A DNA stretch of 64,000 bases from Macrostomum lignano. Its lineage: Eukaryota. Position numbers and translations under genes: made by a program. Under the pieces are notes generated by a model that was not told the DNA's origin, searched no databases, and saw only the letters and a list, made by a program, of their open reading frames with translations. Positions 24,557 through 39,935 of this stretch are shown here, in pieces (within the stretch, counting starts at the first letter, position 1; each line of letters begins with the position of its first letter). The stretch is from the NCBI GenBank assembly GCA_002269645.1, contig NIVC01003245.1, positions 1 through 64,000 on the forward strand, given 5' to 3'.

Positions 24557-27094
24557 CCTGAGGTCTGAAATGAATATAATTGAGCAAAAAAATCTATCCG
24601 CTGCTGTTGAAAACAACTTGAATATCCTGTTAATGGTTTAAAATAGCAGTCAATGACATTATATACAGCAAGCATGCTGGTAAATATATATATATATATA
24701 TATTTATAAATGAAGCTCTAAATAATTATCTAATTAAATGTCTAATTATATTTCTATATATGAATTCATGGCTGTGGTCATTAAATTTCTGCTGTAAATT
24801 TAAAAGCCGTACATTTAAAAGCTTTTATTCCAAACAAAATAAGATAAAATCTTTACTGAATTTTTGCTTAATAAAAGTCCTATTCGAAGTTAAAACTGAT
24901 ATATTCAATAGTTTATTTTTGAACAGATATTTATTATCAGTACCAAATTAAATAACTTTAATGTGTGCAGATGAATACATAAACTTATGTGAACAATGTA
25001 ATATGTAATATTAAAGCTAATGACTTCGACAAAATACTTTATGAAACACCATATTAAAAAACCTTCGAAAGTCTGTCTATATGTCTCAATTTTTTATCAT
25101 TATATTGTACTTTTGTTTTCTTTATTAGTTTTGGATTTAAAGCTATATTTCATGGTGTTCAAAAGTGCAACAAAAGTTTTAACGCAAGTACTCATTGCTC
25201 ATAAAAAGAAGTACTAATATTTTCCAATTTACCAACTATACTTTTATTAATATTTTAAAATAAATTATTAAACTTTTTAAAATAAATTATTTCAGGCGTT
25301 TCGCATTTGTAACTGCACCTGCAAATGAATAAAGCTAAGCACACTGAAATACGAATGAATTTCTTAATGTTCTACTTTAAAAAAGCTTAGAGATTTTATG
25401 AGATACAAAAGGGAGCGCAATGATCGGATGCATCGGATCTATACTGAGTCAGCGCAAGCAGGAAAACTGGAAAACAATGCAATGTCAAAAAGAGTCTTTT
25501 TTGTAGTGAAGCTAAAATTCTATTTAGAAAAAACTCTGTCTTTAAGTTTTTGATACAATTTCTATTTAAGCCACTGGTTGTTTTTTCCAAGAAATTTAAT
25601 ATTTTGTTCTAGATCCTGACACAGGTTAATTTGTTATATATTTTACTTTCCGGAATTCTTGGCTGTATAGTTTAGTTTTGTTTAGGAAATTTTACTAAAT
25701 GTAATGCCGTTTTAAAACAAAGATTTTATATCGATGTATAGCATTAACTTATTAAGAAATGAAATTTTATGTATTGCGCCCGTTCTTAATAATTACTACA
25801 TACTAGCAACTGTAGCTCGTAAAAGCTAAAAAACTCTCATTAAATTCAAGGACTATAGTAGATATATAGATTACTTCAATCGTCCTTGATTAAATTACAT
25901 TCCATAAAAACGAAAGATAGCAAGTACCTGAACAATCGCATTTAATTTAGACTCTTTTTGAAGACAATAATGTCGAGTTCAATGCAAAGCTGAAGGACTG
26001 AACTGTTTTGAATTTTGTTGAACGCTTACATGAAGCGTACCAACTGCACTACTGTACATGTAGTTGTTACATGTACATGTAGTTGCTGCTGCATGTATGA
26101 ATGCACATGTAAATATGTGCGCGGGGCTTTAAATCTATGAAAAAACTGGAACTAAATGTATAGCTGATAGCAAAAAGTTCTTGTACAAAGGCTTTACATA
26201 AACTGATCCATCAAAGCAGAATTGTATCATTTTGATAGTTATTTAATATAGCAATATATTTCTGTTACAGCTGTAATTCTTTACTTCATTGAATGGGATG
26301 CATAGAATGGCGCAAATCTACACGAACTGTGAATTTAGACGAATCATTCGAACAAATCAACTAATTAAGCATATTTTTTAGGCAAGTTAAAACAATGATT
26401 GGACCACGCAATCGATAGAATTTGCAGTAAACCGATCGAGTGCTTCAAACTACAAACTGAACGTGCTCAATGCAATTAATAAGTTCCTGAGTGTGAAAAT
26501 ATGAAGCGAATAAAATGAAATATCTATATATATTATGGGGTACTTGCAGCAAAACATGAGGAAACAATATACTCTTCAAACACAGTCATTCCGTACGTGT
26601 TTTCTCAAGAATTTAGAAATATATTAGCACGCGCACCATGAAGCAGAAGGATGCTGGACTCGATTTCTTAGAATAGCTCCCTATATAGCTCCAATAATAG
26701 GCCTATATAGCTCCAACTCATTTCTAAAAAATTCGATTTTAGCGTCCTTCCACTTCAGTTGTCTATGATGAGGCACACATACACTGTTAGTAGTATCTTG
26801 CTAATTTTCATATGCTTATATAGAACAAACCGCAGGCGTTGGAACTGCCGCAATTTAACAATAATAATTAGTAAGAATATAATACCATACAGTTTTGAAG
26901 CATTCAGCATTCGATGCATTGTTTATTATGTTTAGAGGTTTCTGGCGTTACACAAGTACAATAAAAGCAATGAGATTTCAGTATCAAATACTAATAAGCT
27001 TTGATTAACAGATATTTACTGAGGTACTGAGAGCTTTACTGATTGTTTCAGGTGCTTCTTGTTGAACCAGCGATGCCTGATTGATCACAGTGTG

Positions 27095-30000
27095 TCACAG
27101 TCGAGCTACTTCTCCGGATTCCGTCTGCTAAAATCAATTTCGTTTAGCAAACAATAATTAATAAAACTAAAAAAGACGACTACTACTGCAGTATACTTGT
27201 CTCTACCCGATGTCTTCACGTCGCTATCCAATGTCATCACACCGCTACCTAATGTCGTCAGGTCGCTACCCAATGTCCTCACGTCGCTACCCAATGTCCT
27301 CACGTCGCTACCCAATGTCCTCAGGTCGCTACCCAATGTCCTCAGGTCGCTACCCAATGTCCTCAGGTCGCTACTCAATATCCTCACGTTGCTACCCAAT
27401 GTCCTCACGTCGTGAATCCCCAGCCTAGTCGCTCCCTTCTGCTCGCCCTCGCACAGCTCACGGTTGCTAGGAAAGGACGCACTAAGCAGCTGGCGGCGTC
27501 AGTGGGCAGCTGAGCTCCGGCCATGGGGTCGACGGTGCTGACAACTCGGCCAGTCTGCTGCTGCACAGCGGCCTGCGACACAGCCGGCTCCCAGCTGCGC
27601 TGCTCCAACATGGACTCGACTCTAAAGTGAGAATTGGTCAGGAATGAGGGATTAGAAACTGATTTAATCATCGCGTGCGTTTGCAATGAGATCCAGTACC
27701 TTATACGACAGCGTAGCTTTTGCAAAACACCAGCTTGGCTATCATTTTCCCTCACTCTGCCAATACTCTGCCAAGGCTGCACCTTACTCTGTGCTGTATT
27801 GTCCCAAATTATTGTCGAAAATTGGTCGAGAAGGGTTGTCGCGTAATTCACACCTGAGGGACAGCCCCCAAGGCACAGAGAGTGTACATGCCTGACAATT
27901 AGAAAGTCAAAGGGCCGCTGTACACCCTGTGTGAGCGTGTATGAGTGCGTGTCTGAGTACAGTATTGTGCTCAGGAGTCAGCGGAATGGGCAGCAATGCC
28001 TCAGCGCTGGTTGCGGGTCAATGTCGCCGAAGGTGTTGCACCACAGGGTGCTAGCAGCCCTCCTGCGAACTCAGACCCTGTGGCCAGTTACCGCTGAGTT
28101 GCCCAGCTCCCCTTCAACCCCTCTACAGTAAATCCGTCTACAACAGTCATTGAGCCGGCGCACCTTCTAGAAGATGTCGACGCTGCCGCAGCCGCCGCCG
28201 CTCGCAGACCCAGCCGGGGCATCCGCGGTCTTGAGGGCGGCGGCTGCGCTGGCTGAGGCTCGACTTCAGCCGGAGCTTCAGCTGGTCGCGGCTGCTCAGG
28301 GGCGCTGGAGTATTGGAGGGGGAGATAACTGGTGATCTTAAAAACTGAATGTGTGGGTCGATTTCTAATAGAAAGCATATTTAAGTTTAGTTTAGTTTAG
28401 TTTAGTTCAGTTTAGCTTAGGTTAGGTAAGAATAGTTTAGTTTAGCCTAATTTAGTTTAGTTTAGTTTAGTTTAGTTTTAGTTTAGTTTAGTTTAGTTTA
28501 GTTTAGTTTACTTTTGTAATAGATTGAAGCTAAAAGCTTGTAGTGAATGCGTAGGAAAGTTAAACGTGGAGAGCCAGTACACACAACTGGGCTCTTATAC
28601 GACTTGTTTATTCTTATTCATCAACCCTAGGACTAAAGAGGGTGGTTGGCCTGACTGCCCAGACCCCACCATGCTAGCCACGCGTAAAACGCAAACAACC
28701 CGATGCAGTGCACATGCACTGAAACACACTAGCCAATCAGCGCGCACGCAAATACTAACTAACTAAGAATGCACAAAGCATAATATTGCAATAATAAAAA
28801 TACACTAGCATATCGCCAAAATGTCACAACTTTAGTTTAGTTTAGTTTAGTTTAATTTAGTTTAGTTTTAGTTTAGTTTAGTTTAATTTAGTTTAATTTA
28901 GTTTAGTTTAGTTTAGTTTAGTTTAGTTTAGTTTAGTTTAGTTTAGTTTAGTTTAGTTTAGTTTAGTTTAGTTTAGTTTAGTTTAGTTTAGTTTAGTTTA
29001 GTTTAGTTTAGTTTAGTTTAGTTTAGTTTAGTTTAGTTTAATTTAGTTTAGTTTTAGTTTAGTTTAGTTTAGTTTAGTTTAATTTAGTTTAGTTTTAGTT
29101 TAGTTTAGTTTAATTTAGTTTAATTTAGTTTAGTTTAGTTTAGTTTAGTTTAGTTTAGTTTAGTTTAGTTTAGTTTAGTTTAGTTTAGTTTAGTTTAGTT
29201 TAGTTTAGTTTAGTTTAGTTTAGTTTAGTTTAATTTAGTTTAGTTTTAGTTTAGTTTAGTTTAGTTTAGTTTAGTTTAGTTTAGTTTAGTTTAGTTTAGT
29301 TTAGTTTAGTTTAGTTTAGTTTAGTTTAGTTTAGTTTAGTTTAGTTTAGTTTAGTTTAGTTTAGTTTAGCCTAGTTTAGTTTAGTTTAGTTTTTTAGTTT
29401 TGTTTTGTTTAGCTTAGCTTCGCTTAGTTTAGTTCAGTTTAGCTTAGTTAAGTTTAGCTATCCAACTGGTTCAAACTGACTGTCTAATCCCCAGCTCGAA
29501 CTTCTTTCTGATTCGATCAGCGCCACCCAAACCAAGGCAGAAACCCAAAGAAAGGTTTCACAACCCAAACACGGGCCAAAAACAAGGCCTGACCCCTGCT
29601 CCATTTCCCCTACCGATCCTTTCCGAACAAACAGATTGGGAGTCACGCTCAGCTCAGGGGAGGGGAGGGCGACTGTTTCTGTGAGGAGAGACAGTCAGAC
29701 TGACACACAGAGGACAGAAGAGAGGCAAGCTCTTCAATCAAGAAGCTCGCAGTGAATCAGATTCCCTATTTTATCATGCCGAAACTTGCTTAGCGCAAGT
29801 CAGCCAGCTCAGCTCCGGGGGGGGGGGGCCTTCGTGACTGCTCAACTGCTGACTTATTGCCTTTTTCTGTTCATTTCTGAGTCCCCCTCCCTGTCCCACA
29901 CGGATCAATAACCTGCGAGAGTTCGTCTAGCGGCTCCCTCCCCCCTGCCACCCTTGCAGGCTGACAAAATCAAATCCTTCCAACTATAGCGAGTCTACTT

Positions 30001-33000
30001 GAGTATAGTTGCCGCGATTTCTATTTCTCTCTCTGAGTAGAATTCCATTGGTAGCTTTTAGACTCATTCGGCTGAGCCAGCCATGCGGTTTCTCGTCAGA
30101 TGTCATATTTTTTCTCTCTCCCACACTCTCTCCCACACTCTCTCCCATACTCTCTCCAACACGATCCCTCCTACACTCTCTCCCACACTCTCTTCCACAT
30201 TCTCTCTCACACTCTCTCCCACGCTCTCTCCCACACTCTCTACCACACTCTCTCCAACACGATCCCTCCTACACTCTCTCCCACACTCTCTCCCACACGC
30301 ACACACAATCTCTCCCACAGTCTATCCCACACAGTCTATCCCACACAGTCTATCCCACACAGTCTATCCCACACAGTCTATCCCACACAGTATATTCCAC
30401 ACAATCTATCCCACACAGTCTATCCCACACAGTCTATCCCACACAGTCTATCCCACACAGTCTATCCCACACAGTCTATCCCACACAGTCTATCCCACAC
30501 AGTCTATCCCACACAGTCTATCCTACACAATCTCTCCCACAGTCTATCCCACACAGTCTATCCTACACAATCTCTCCCACAGTCTATCCTACACAGTCTA
30601 TCCCACACAGTCTATCCCACACAGTCTATCCCACACAGTCTATCCCACACAGTCTATCCCACACAGTCTATCCCACACAGTCTATCCCACACAGTCTATC
30701 CTACACAATCTATCCCACACAGTCTATCCCACACAGTCTATCCCATACAGTCTATCCCATACAGTCTATCCCACACAGTCTATCCCACACAGTCTATCCC
30801 ACACAGTCTATCCCACACAGTATATTCCACACAATCTATCCCACACAGTCTATCCCACACAGTCTATCCCACACAGTCTATCCCACACAGTCTATCCCAC
30901 ACAGTCTATCCCACACAGTCTATCCCACACAGTCTATCCCACACAGTCTATCCTACACAATCTCTCCCACAGTCTATCCCACACAGTCTATCCTACACAA
31001 TCTCTCCCACAGTCTATCCTACACAGTCTATCCCACACAGTCTATCCCACACAGTCTATCCCACACAGTCTATCCCACACAATCTCTCCCACAGTCTATC
31101 CCACACAGTCTATCCCACACAGTCTATCCCACACAGTCTATCCCACACAGTCTATCCCACACAGTCTATCCCACACAATCTCTCCCACAGTCTATCCCAC
31201 ACAGTCTATCCCACACAGTCTATCCCACACAGTCTATCCCACACAGTCTATCCCACACAGTCTATCCCACACAGTCTATCCCACACAGTCTATCCCACAC
31301 AGTCTATCCTACACAATCTATCCCACACAGTCTATCCCACACAGTCTATCCCATACAGTCTATCCCATACAGTCTATCCCACACAGTCTATCCCACACAG
31401 TCTATCCCACACAGTCTATCCTACACAATCTATCCCACACAGTCTATCCCACACAGTCTATCCCATACAGTCTATCCCATACAGTCTATCCCACACAGTC
31501 TATCCCACACAGTCTATCCCACACAGTCTATCCCACACAGTCTATCCCACACAGTCTATCCCACACAGTCTATCCCACACAGTCTATCCTACACAATCTA
31601 TCCCACACAGTCTATCCCACACAATCTATCCCACACAGTCTATCCCACACAGTCTATCCCACACAGTCTATCCCACACAGTCTATCCCACACAGTCTATC
31701 CCACACAGTCTATCCCACACAGTCTATCCCACACAGTCTATCCCACACAGTCTATCCCACACAGTCTATCCTACACAATCTATCCCACACAGTCTATCCC
31801 ACACAGTCTATCCCATACAGTCTATCCCATACAGTCTATCCCACACAGTCTATCCCACACAGTCTATCCCACACAGTCTATCCCACACAGTCTATCCCAC
31901 ACAGTCTATCCCACACAGTCTATCCTACACAATCTATCCCACACAGTCTATCCCACACAGTCTATCCCATACAGTCTATCCCATACAGTCTATCCCACAC
32001 AGTCTATCCCACACAGTCTATCCCACACAGTCTATCCCACACAGTCTATCCCACACAGTATATTCCACACAGTCTATCCCACAGTCTATCATCCCACACA
32101 GTCTATCCCACACAATCTATCCCACACAGTCTATCCCACACAGTCTATCCTACACAATCTATCCCACACAATCTATCCCACACAATCTATCCCACACAGT
32201 CTATCCCGCACAATCTATCCCACACAATCTATCCCACACAATCTATCCCACAGTCTATCATCCCACACAGTCTATCCCACACAATCTATCCCACACAGTC
32301 TATCCCACACAATCTATCCCACACAATCTATCCCACACAGTCTATCCCGCACAATCTATCCCACACAGTCTATCCCACACAGTCTATCCCACACAGTCTA
32401 TCCCACACAGTCTATCCCACACAGTCTATCCCACACAGTCTATCCCACACAGTCTATCCCACACAATCTATCCCACACAATCTATCCCACACAGTCTATC
32501 CCACACAGTCTATCCCACACAGTCTATCCTACACAGTCTATCCCACACAGTCTATCCTACACAGTCTATCCCACACAGTCTATCCCACACAGTCTATCCC
32601 ACACAGTCTATCCCACACAGTCTATCCCACACAGTCTATCCTACACAGTCTATCCCACACAGTCTATCCCACACAGTCTATCCCACACAGTCTATCCCAC
32701 ACAGTCTATCCCACACAGTCTATCCCACACAGTCTATCCCACACAGTCTATCCCACACAGTCTATCCCACACAGTCTATCCTACACAGTCTATCCCACAC
32801 AGTCTATCCCACACAGTCTATCCCACACAGTCTATCCCACACAGTCTATCCCACACAGTCTATCCCACACAGTCTATCCCACAGTCTATCAGAGCCAGCT
32901 CAGCAACAGTTATCCAGCTCACTCACCCGCCGGTCTCCCTCTCCGCTTGGAGGCTGCGCAGCCTTTCCTTGTTGCGCAGCCGCTCCGCCGCCTGAAAGAC

Positions 33001-36000
33001 AGTCGGGGCAAAGAATGCAACAAAAATTCGTTTCACCTTTCAAAAAAGCATACACACACAAGGACAGATACAATAGACGTAGGGGGATTTTCGCTACAGC
33101 ATAAAGCCCGGGAGCCCCCCATGAGACCTGTGATTATTGAAAGGCGAAGCTGAGGCCCTGCCATTAGCCCCATCCGCTCCACCCCCATTTAACCAAGTGA
33201 TGGATGACCTGAAAGATGGGAATAAACGAGTTCCATCTGTTTTTTTTGCTTTTCTGTCCGGCTTGCTTTGCTAATTAGTCTGCTGGCCACGGGGGTGCAG
33301 CCGGGCTTCTAAGGGCTTGAAGAAGGGCGCGAGGTGAACTTTGCATTTTTTGAGCGAAAGCTGCTTTTAGAAATGCTTTTTAAATGCATTTCTATTGCTT
33401 GTTTTTAGAGCGAGTTTCTCAAGGTTGTTGAGCTGTTCACGGTGAGATTTCCATAGTTACTGAGTTGTTGAAAGTGAGATTTCCAAGCTTACTGAGTGGT
33501 TGAGTGTGAGGTTTCCAAGCTTACTGAGTGGTTGAGTGTGAGGTTTCCAAGCTTACTGAGTGGTTGAGTGTGAGGTTTCCAAGCTTACTGAGTAGTTGAG
33601 TGTGAGGTTTCCATGGTTACTGAGTAGTTGAGTGTGAGATTTCCATGGTTACTGAGTTGTTGAAAGTGAGATTTCCAAGCTTACTGAGTGGTTGAGTGTG
33701 AGGTTTCCAAGCTTACTGAGTGGTTGAGTGTGAGGTTTCCAAGCTTACTGAGTGGTTGAGTGTGAGGTTTCCAAGCTTACTGAGTAGTTGAGTGTGAGGT
33801 TTCCATGGTTACTGAGTAGTTGAGTGTGAGATTTCCATGGTTACTGAGTGGTTGAGTGTGAGGTTTCCATGGTTACTGAGTGGTTGAGTGTGAGATTTCC
33901 ATAGTTACTGAGTTGTTGAAAGTGAGATTTCCAAGCTTACTGAGTGGTTGAGTGTGAGGTTTCCAAGCTTACTGAGTGGTTGAGTGTGAGGTTTCCAAGC
34001 TTACTGAGTGGTTGAGTGTGAGGTTTCCAAGCTTACTGAGTAGTTGAGTGTGAGGTTTCCATGGTTACTGAGTAGTTGAGTGTGAGATTTCCATGGTTAC
34101 TGAGTGGTTGAGTGTGAGGTTTCCATGGTTACTGAGTGGTTGAGTGTGAGATTTCCATGGTTACTGAGTTGTTGAATGTGAGATTTCAAGCTTACTATGT
34201 GGTTAAGTGTAAGATTTCCAAGATTACTGAGGGATAGGTGTAGTTTTTATGAGGAATAATAAATCAATTCTCTAACATACTGCCTCTGTATTAATTTCCT
34301 GTGAATGATAAATACTCGCTAAGCTCAGACTGATTTTTTTAATCCTCTCGCAAAGAAATATTTTCACAAAATAGGGAATTAAACTTGATAAAAATATGCT
34401 TGCCAGAAATTAACGAGATTATCACGGTATGAAAAAGCGGGCTAAATGACATTGAAAATATGTAAAACTCGTGACTAATTAAGGGAAAAACTAACTCAAT
34501 GGAGATCGCTGAACAGATTTCACGAATTCTTGCTCTACGAGAATCGCTGCCCCCATGACGTCACTAGCCCCCCATGACATCATTAGCCACCCATGACGTC
34601 ACTAGCCCCCCCCCATGACATCATTAGCCACCCATGACGTCACTAGCCCCCCCATGACATCATTAGCCACCCATGACGTCACTAGCCCCCCTATGACATC
34701 ATTAGCCACCCATGACGTCACTAGCCCCCATGATATCATTAGCCACCCATGACGTCACTAGCCCCCCCCACGACATCATTAGCCACCCATGACGTCACTA
34801 GCCCCCATGATATCAATAGCCCCCATGACATCACTAGCCCCACATATCAATAGCCCCCACATGAAATCACTAGCCCCCTATGACATCACTAGCCCCACAT
34901 ATCAATAGCCCCCACATGAAATCACTAGCCCCCCATGACATCACTAGCCCCCCATGACATCACTATAGCCCCCCATGACATCAGTAGCCTTACATGACAT
35001 CACTAAATACATAAACCTACCGATATGTTGAGCAATACACACAATCAAGCCGCAGTTCTATACTAATACAAAAATTTCTCATACTGTCTGCGTCCCCTTT
35101 TACTCAACCAATGCATTTGCATAGATCTGTCTGGCACACTCAAAAAACCCCAAGAGATCTCGGTGTCTTTGATGACATCGGCGGCTGTGCAGATTTTGGC
35201 GGTCGGGGACGCACTTGAAAGAGGATGAGTCATCCTCTCCAACCAGATGCTTCAAGGGGCTAGCTATAGAACCCCAGAGTCAGTCGCAAACAGACAGACA
35301 GCTGAGATGGGGAGTCTGGGGACGTAATGGCGGATGGTGGTAGCCGGGGCAAACAACTCATTACCGATGTTGAGGAAGGGGGAAGGATGGGCGGCATCTT
35401 TGCATTTGAGTAGGGATACGCACACACACACACATACACACACCTCCTCAAGGGAATCCCCCTGTATTCCCGATCCATCTGTGTGTGTGTTAGTGGCAGT
35501 TCCAGTGTCAACTCCCCTTGCATGCCATGCATAAAATATTCTGCAGAATAGCTTCCCTTATCTCTGCCTATCTGTCTCTCCTGAGCAGAGATACATTTTG
35601 TTTCTGCGCGACGAGACCGGAATCTGTGCCATGCCGAGAGTGTCTGCATGTAGTATAGGGGTGGAGCAGCTCTCGCTCGGGCCACGACATAGGTTCGATT
35701 CCGTGCACCGGCAAAATTCACTTTCTAAGAAAGCGGTTTTCTAAGAAATGCCGCCCTGGAATTCTCGACAAGCCCGAGCGCAGGGACTTCTGAATAGACT
35801 TGGACTGGAAAGGAATTTGGCCGGACATAAGGTAGCTTTTGACCATCGATTTCGGATTTCGCCTTCCGTTTCCAATCCAAGTATTCAAAGGTCCCTGGCC
35901 TGGGTCTCTTTTTCTCCAATCTGAGTTCACAGTGAATTGAAGGCAAGCTTCTCGCAGTGCTGGCGGGTTTCGCACTGGAGGAGGGGGAAACCGTGACCTC

Positions 36001-39000
36001 AGGGGAACCCATGCGGGTGACGAGTCCATGTATTAATTGAATTCACACAGCTGCTGTCCCCTGCTCACCCCCCAGATGCATTGCTATTTGCAGGCTGCTG
36101 GTGACAGCGGTGCGAGCTCAAGCTTTGGGAATATGAATTATTGCGTATACTGATGCCGATATGATGCTGACACTCTGAGCGAGCTTTGAGCAGCTGAGCC
36201 CAAGGGAGAATTTTACTAGGCATTGATTTTATCCCAAAATATTGAGAGATTTGTATAAAAATGCTATCATTTCCTGTCTGCTAATAGGTGCTTCGGTGGC
36301 CGAGAGGCCTACAGTGTCGGTCTGCTGTGGTATAGGGCTCAGGCTCGAGTCCCAAGGTGTCATACCATATACGCTAGGTCCCGGGTTCGAGAGCTCAGGT
36401 GTCATAAAGGTCCCGGGTTCGAGAGCTCAGGTGTCATATAGGTCCCGGTTTCGAGAGCTCCATGTGTCATGTAGGTCCCAGGTTCGAGAGCTCCATGTGT
36501 CATGTAGGTCCCGGGTTCGAGAGCTCAGGTGTCATCTAGGTCCCGGGTTCGAGAGCTCAGCTGTCATCTAGGTCCCGGGTTCGAGAGCTCAGCTGTCATC
36601 TAGGTCCCGGGTTCGAGAGCTCAGGTGTCATATAGGTCCCGGGTTCGAGAGCTCCATGTGTCATCTAGGTCCCGGGTTCGAGAGCTCCATGTGTCATCTA
36701 GGTCCCGGGTTCGAGAGCTCCATGTGTCATCTAGGTCCCGGGTTCGAGAGGTCCATGTGTCATCTAGGTCCCGGGTTCGAGAGGTCCATGTGTCATATAG
36801 GTCCCGGGTTCGAGAGCTCCAGTTGTCATATAGGTCCCGGGTTCGAGAGCTCAGGTGTCATCTAGGTCCCGGATTCGAGAGCTCCAGTTGTCATATAGGT
36901 CCCCGGTTCGAGAGCTCCAGGTGTCATCTAGCTCCCAGGTTCGAGAGCTCGGGTATTAATTAGGCCGCGAGTTTTGCTCTATTTTAACTAGTTCTTTAAC
37001 TAGGTGAGTAGACACATGCGAGCATTAATGGATGCAAATATTCACCCATATGCACAGGGCACAAGAATTGCCTGAGTCCCGTTCCTGTTACTGCAGCCAG
37101 CAACTGGATAAAAATCACTATTCACTTAGTGGAACTTTAGACACATAATCGAGTCCCAGCAGCTTGCAATAGGAAATATGACGGATAGACAGGCTTCCCT
37201 ATCTGCTCATAAGGGCGAATCTAATTTCAAGCCAGCCTCTCCTTCCCAGCTCCATCGCGCGGAAACTCCATTAACTCAGCGCCCAGCAGAAGGGCTCTGA
37301 GATTTCGTTTAGGAAATTTTTCCCATATTCCAGGAACTTATTTAGCGTTTTTCGATACACATGTTGGTAATCGGAGCGATCTGCATTAATGCTCGAGCCT
37401 ATGACAACAGAATTAGGGAAAATTCCAAGAAACCAATAATAAATTGTAGCAATCGCACCATTCTACCAAAACATTTTACCATTGTTTTTGAAAAGTTGAA
37501 TTCCTATTCCCGGAAATCAATATGAATTCTGAGAAACCAGTTTAAATTGCACTAAATTAGTAGCAGTTCGGAAATATTAGTTTGATTTATACCATAGGAA
37601 AGAATTATTTTACTAATTCCAACAAATTCTGAAAAATAGATGACGATTCGAGGAATGAATTCGTAAAAAATATGCCCATTCTAAGAAATCAATTCTAAGA
37701 AAGCTCTAATCATTCCAAGAAATCAATTCTACGAGTAAGAAATCTCTGACCCATTCTAAGAAATCAATTCTAAGAAATCTCTACCCATTCCAAGAAATCA
37801 ATTTTAAGAAATCTCTACCCATTCCAAGAAATCAATCCTAAGAAGTCTCTACCCATTCCAAGAAATCAATTCTAAGAAATCTCTACTCATACCAAGAAAT
37901 CGATTTTAAGAAATCTCTGACCCATTCTAAGAAATCAATTCTAAGAAATCTCTACCCATTCCAAGAAATCAATTCTAAGAAATCTCTACCCATTCCAAGA
38001 AATCAATTCTTAGAAATCTTTAGCCATTCCAAGAAATCAATTCTAAGAAATCTCTACCCATTCCTAGAAATCAATTCTAATAAATCTCTACCCATTCCAA
38101 GAAATCAATCCTAAAAAATCTCTACCCATTCTAAGAAATCAATTCTAATAAATCTCTACCCATTCCAAGAAATCAATTCTTAGAAATCTTTAGCCATTCC
38201 AAGAAATCAATGCTAAGAAATCTCTACCCATTCCTAGAAATCAATTATATAAAATCTATGCTAAAATTGATATTTTTCTACAGTTCTAACAAAATCTATT
38301 CAAATTCCAAGCAACCAAAACTTGTTTTTCTAAGAAAGAAATCACTACCGATTACAAGAAATCAATCTAGCTAAATTCAAATTCGAGCTCACGCTGTGCC
38401 GCCTGCCGCTGCTCCTGCCCGGCTCAAGCGGGTGATCTAGAAAAGCAAGGGAGGTTGGATGCGAGGATGAACAGACTGCAGAATCCTTGCAGCTTTAATA
38501 GCTTGCATAGTTGGACAAGCCGCTACTTACCAACCTAAAACTGCTACCCAACAACAAAAACTATGGGGAACAGGCAAACACAGCAGGGCGGAGGGGTAAA
38601 GACAGTCATTTTCTCTGTCCAGACGCCCTGTTGCCACCGCCTTTCAAGTGCGATTGCAATTCGCCCAAATCCCGCTCTATGAGAGCCAGAGATTCTCCCA
38701 CAGTCCGTCTGCCCCTCTCTCCGCCTACACCCTGACCTTTACTTACCATTCGGTCCGTTGGTAGCGGCAGAGTTCATCTGAGGACACCGGCGCAGCTGCA
38801 CTTGTTCCTCCAGAGCTGCTGCTGCCGATGCTGCTTCGGTGCTGTTTGACTGTTCAACTGGACTCGAACTTGGAGCCGAAGTTGTTGGAGTTGACTGGTG
38901 CTGCGGCTGGTGCTGCGGCTGGTGCTGCTGGTTGTGCCAGCCGAGCACCAGTTCGCACATGTGCGCCTCAAGCCGCCTGGTGACCTGATCGGCGATGGCC

Positions 39001-39873
39001 TCGATGCCGGCTGCGCTGTAGCTGATCTTCGGATTCTGCCAGTCGCGTGCGGGGGGGGGGTTGGGAGGGTTGGGGTTCGAATCTGACTTGCTGGAAACTG
39101 TGGGGGGCAGAACAAAAGAAAATAATATCAGTGACCATCAAGTCTAGAGACCCCAGTTCCCAGACCCCAGAATCCCTGTTCGCGTTTAGAGATCCTAGTG
39201 CCCCACCCGCCTAGAAATCCCGATTCGCTATAGAGATCCCGATTCCCTATAGAGATCCCGGTTCCCTATAGAGATTCCGATTCCCTATAGAGATCCTGGT
39301 TCCCTATAGGGATCCCGATTCCCTATAGAGATCCCGATTCCCTATAGAGATCCCGATTCCCTATAGAGATCCCGATTCCCTATAGAGATCCCGATTCCCT
39401 ATAGAGATCCCGATTCCCTATATAGATCCCGATTCCCTATAGAGATCCCGATTCCCTATAGAGATCCCGATTCCCTATAGAGATCCCGATTCCCTATAGA
39501 GATCCCGGTTCCCTATAGAGATCCCGGTTCCCTATAGAGATCCCGATTCCCTACAAAGATCCTAGTGCCCCCCCCCCTAGAAATCCTGATTCCCTCTAGA
39601 GATCCCAGTATTCCCTTTAGAGATCCCGAATCCCTCTAGAGGTCTTAGTGCCCATCTCTAGAGAGTGCCGAGAGATCTGACCGAACCCCTCTTGAGATCT
39701 CTAATCTCTCTAGAGATCCCGATTCAGTCTAGAGATCCTAGCGTTCCCTGTTATCGGTTCCTGGAATATAAAAAAGTATCTAATTTAGGGCATACGGGCC
39801 CACTCACATGGCTGTCGCCAGGAAGGTGAGCACTTGGGACAGAGAGTTGCGGAGTGCGTCACCACTCGACACT

Positions 39874-39935
<62 letters not shown>

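Noticed and set aside
24600-27050. Short ORFs in the AT-rich region upstream of TMEM138
   Set aside because: Low-complexity AT-biased translations with no recognisable motif or convincing exon chain.
28381-29457. (TTTAG)n as an interstitial telomere
   Set aside because: The unit is a pentamer, not TTAGGG or TTAGG; it is one of several pentanucleotide microsatellites in the window.
16020-32891. Shared GTGTGGGAT 9-mer between the 22-bp and 14-bp minisatellites
   Set aside because: A single short match between two of about 20 arrays; chance is not excluded.
30009-33153. Three overlapping ORFs of about 1000 aa
   Set aside because: They are translations of a 14-bp repeat that lacks stops on the plus strand in all frames; they lie antisense within a putative intron and have no non-repetitive domain.
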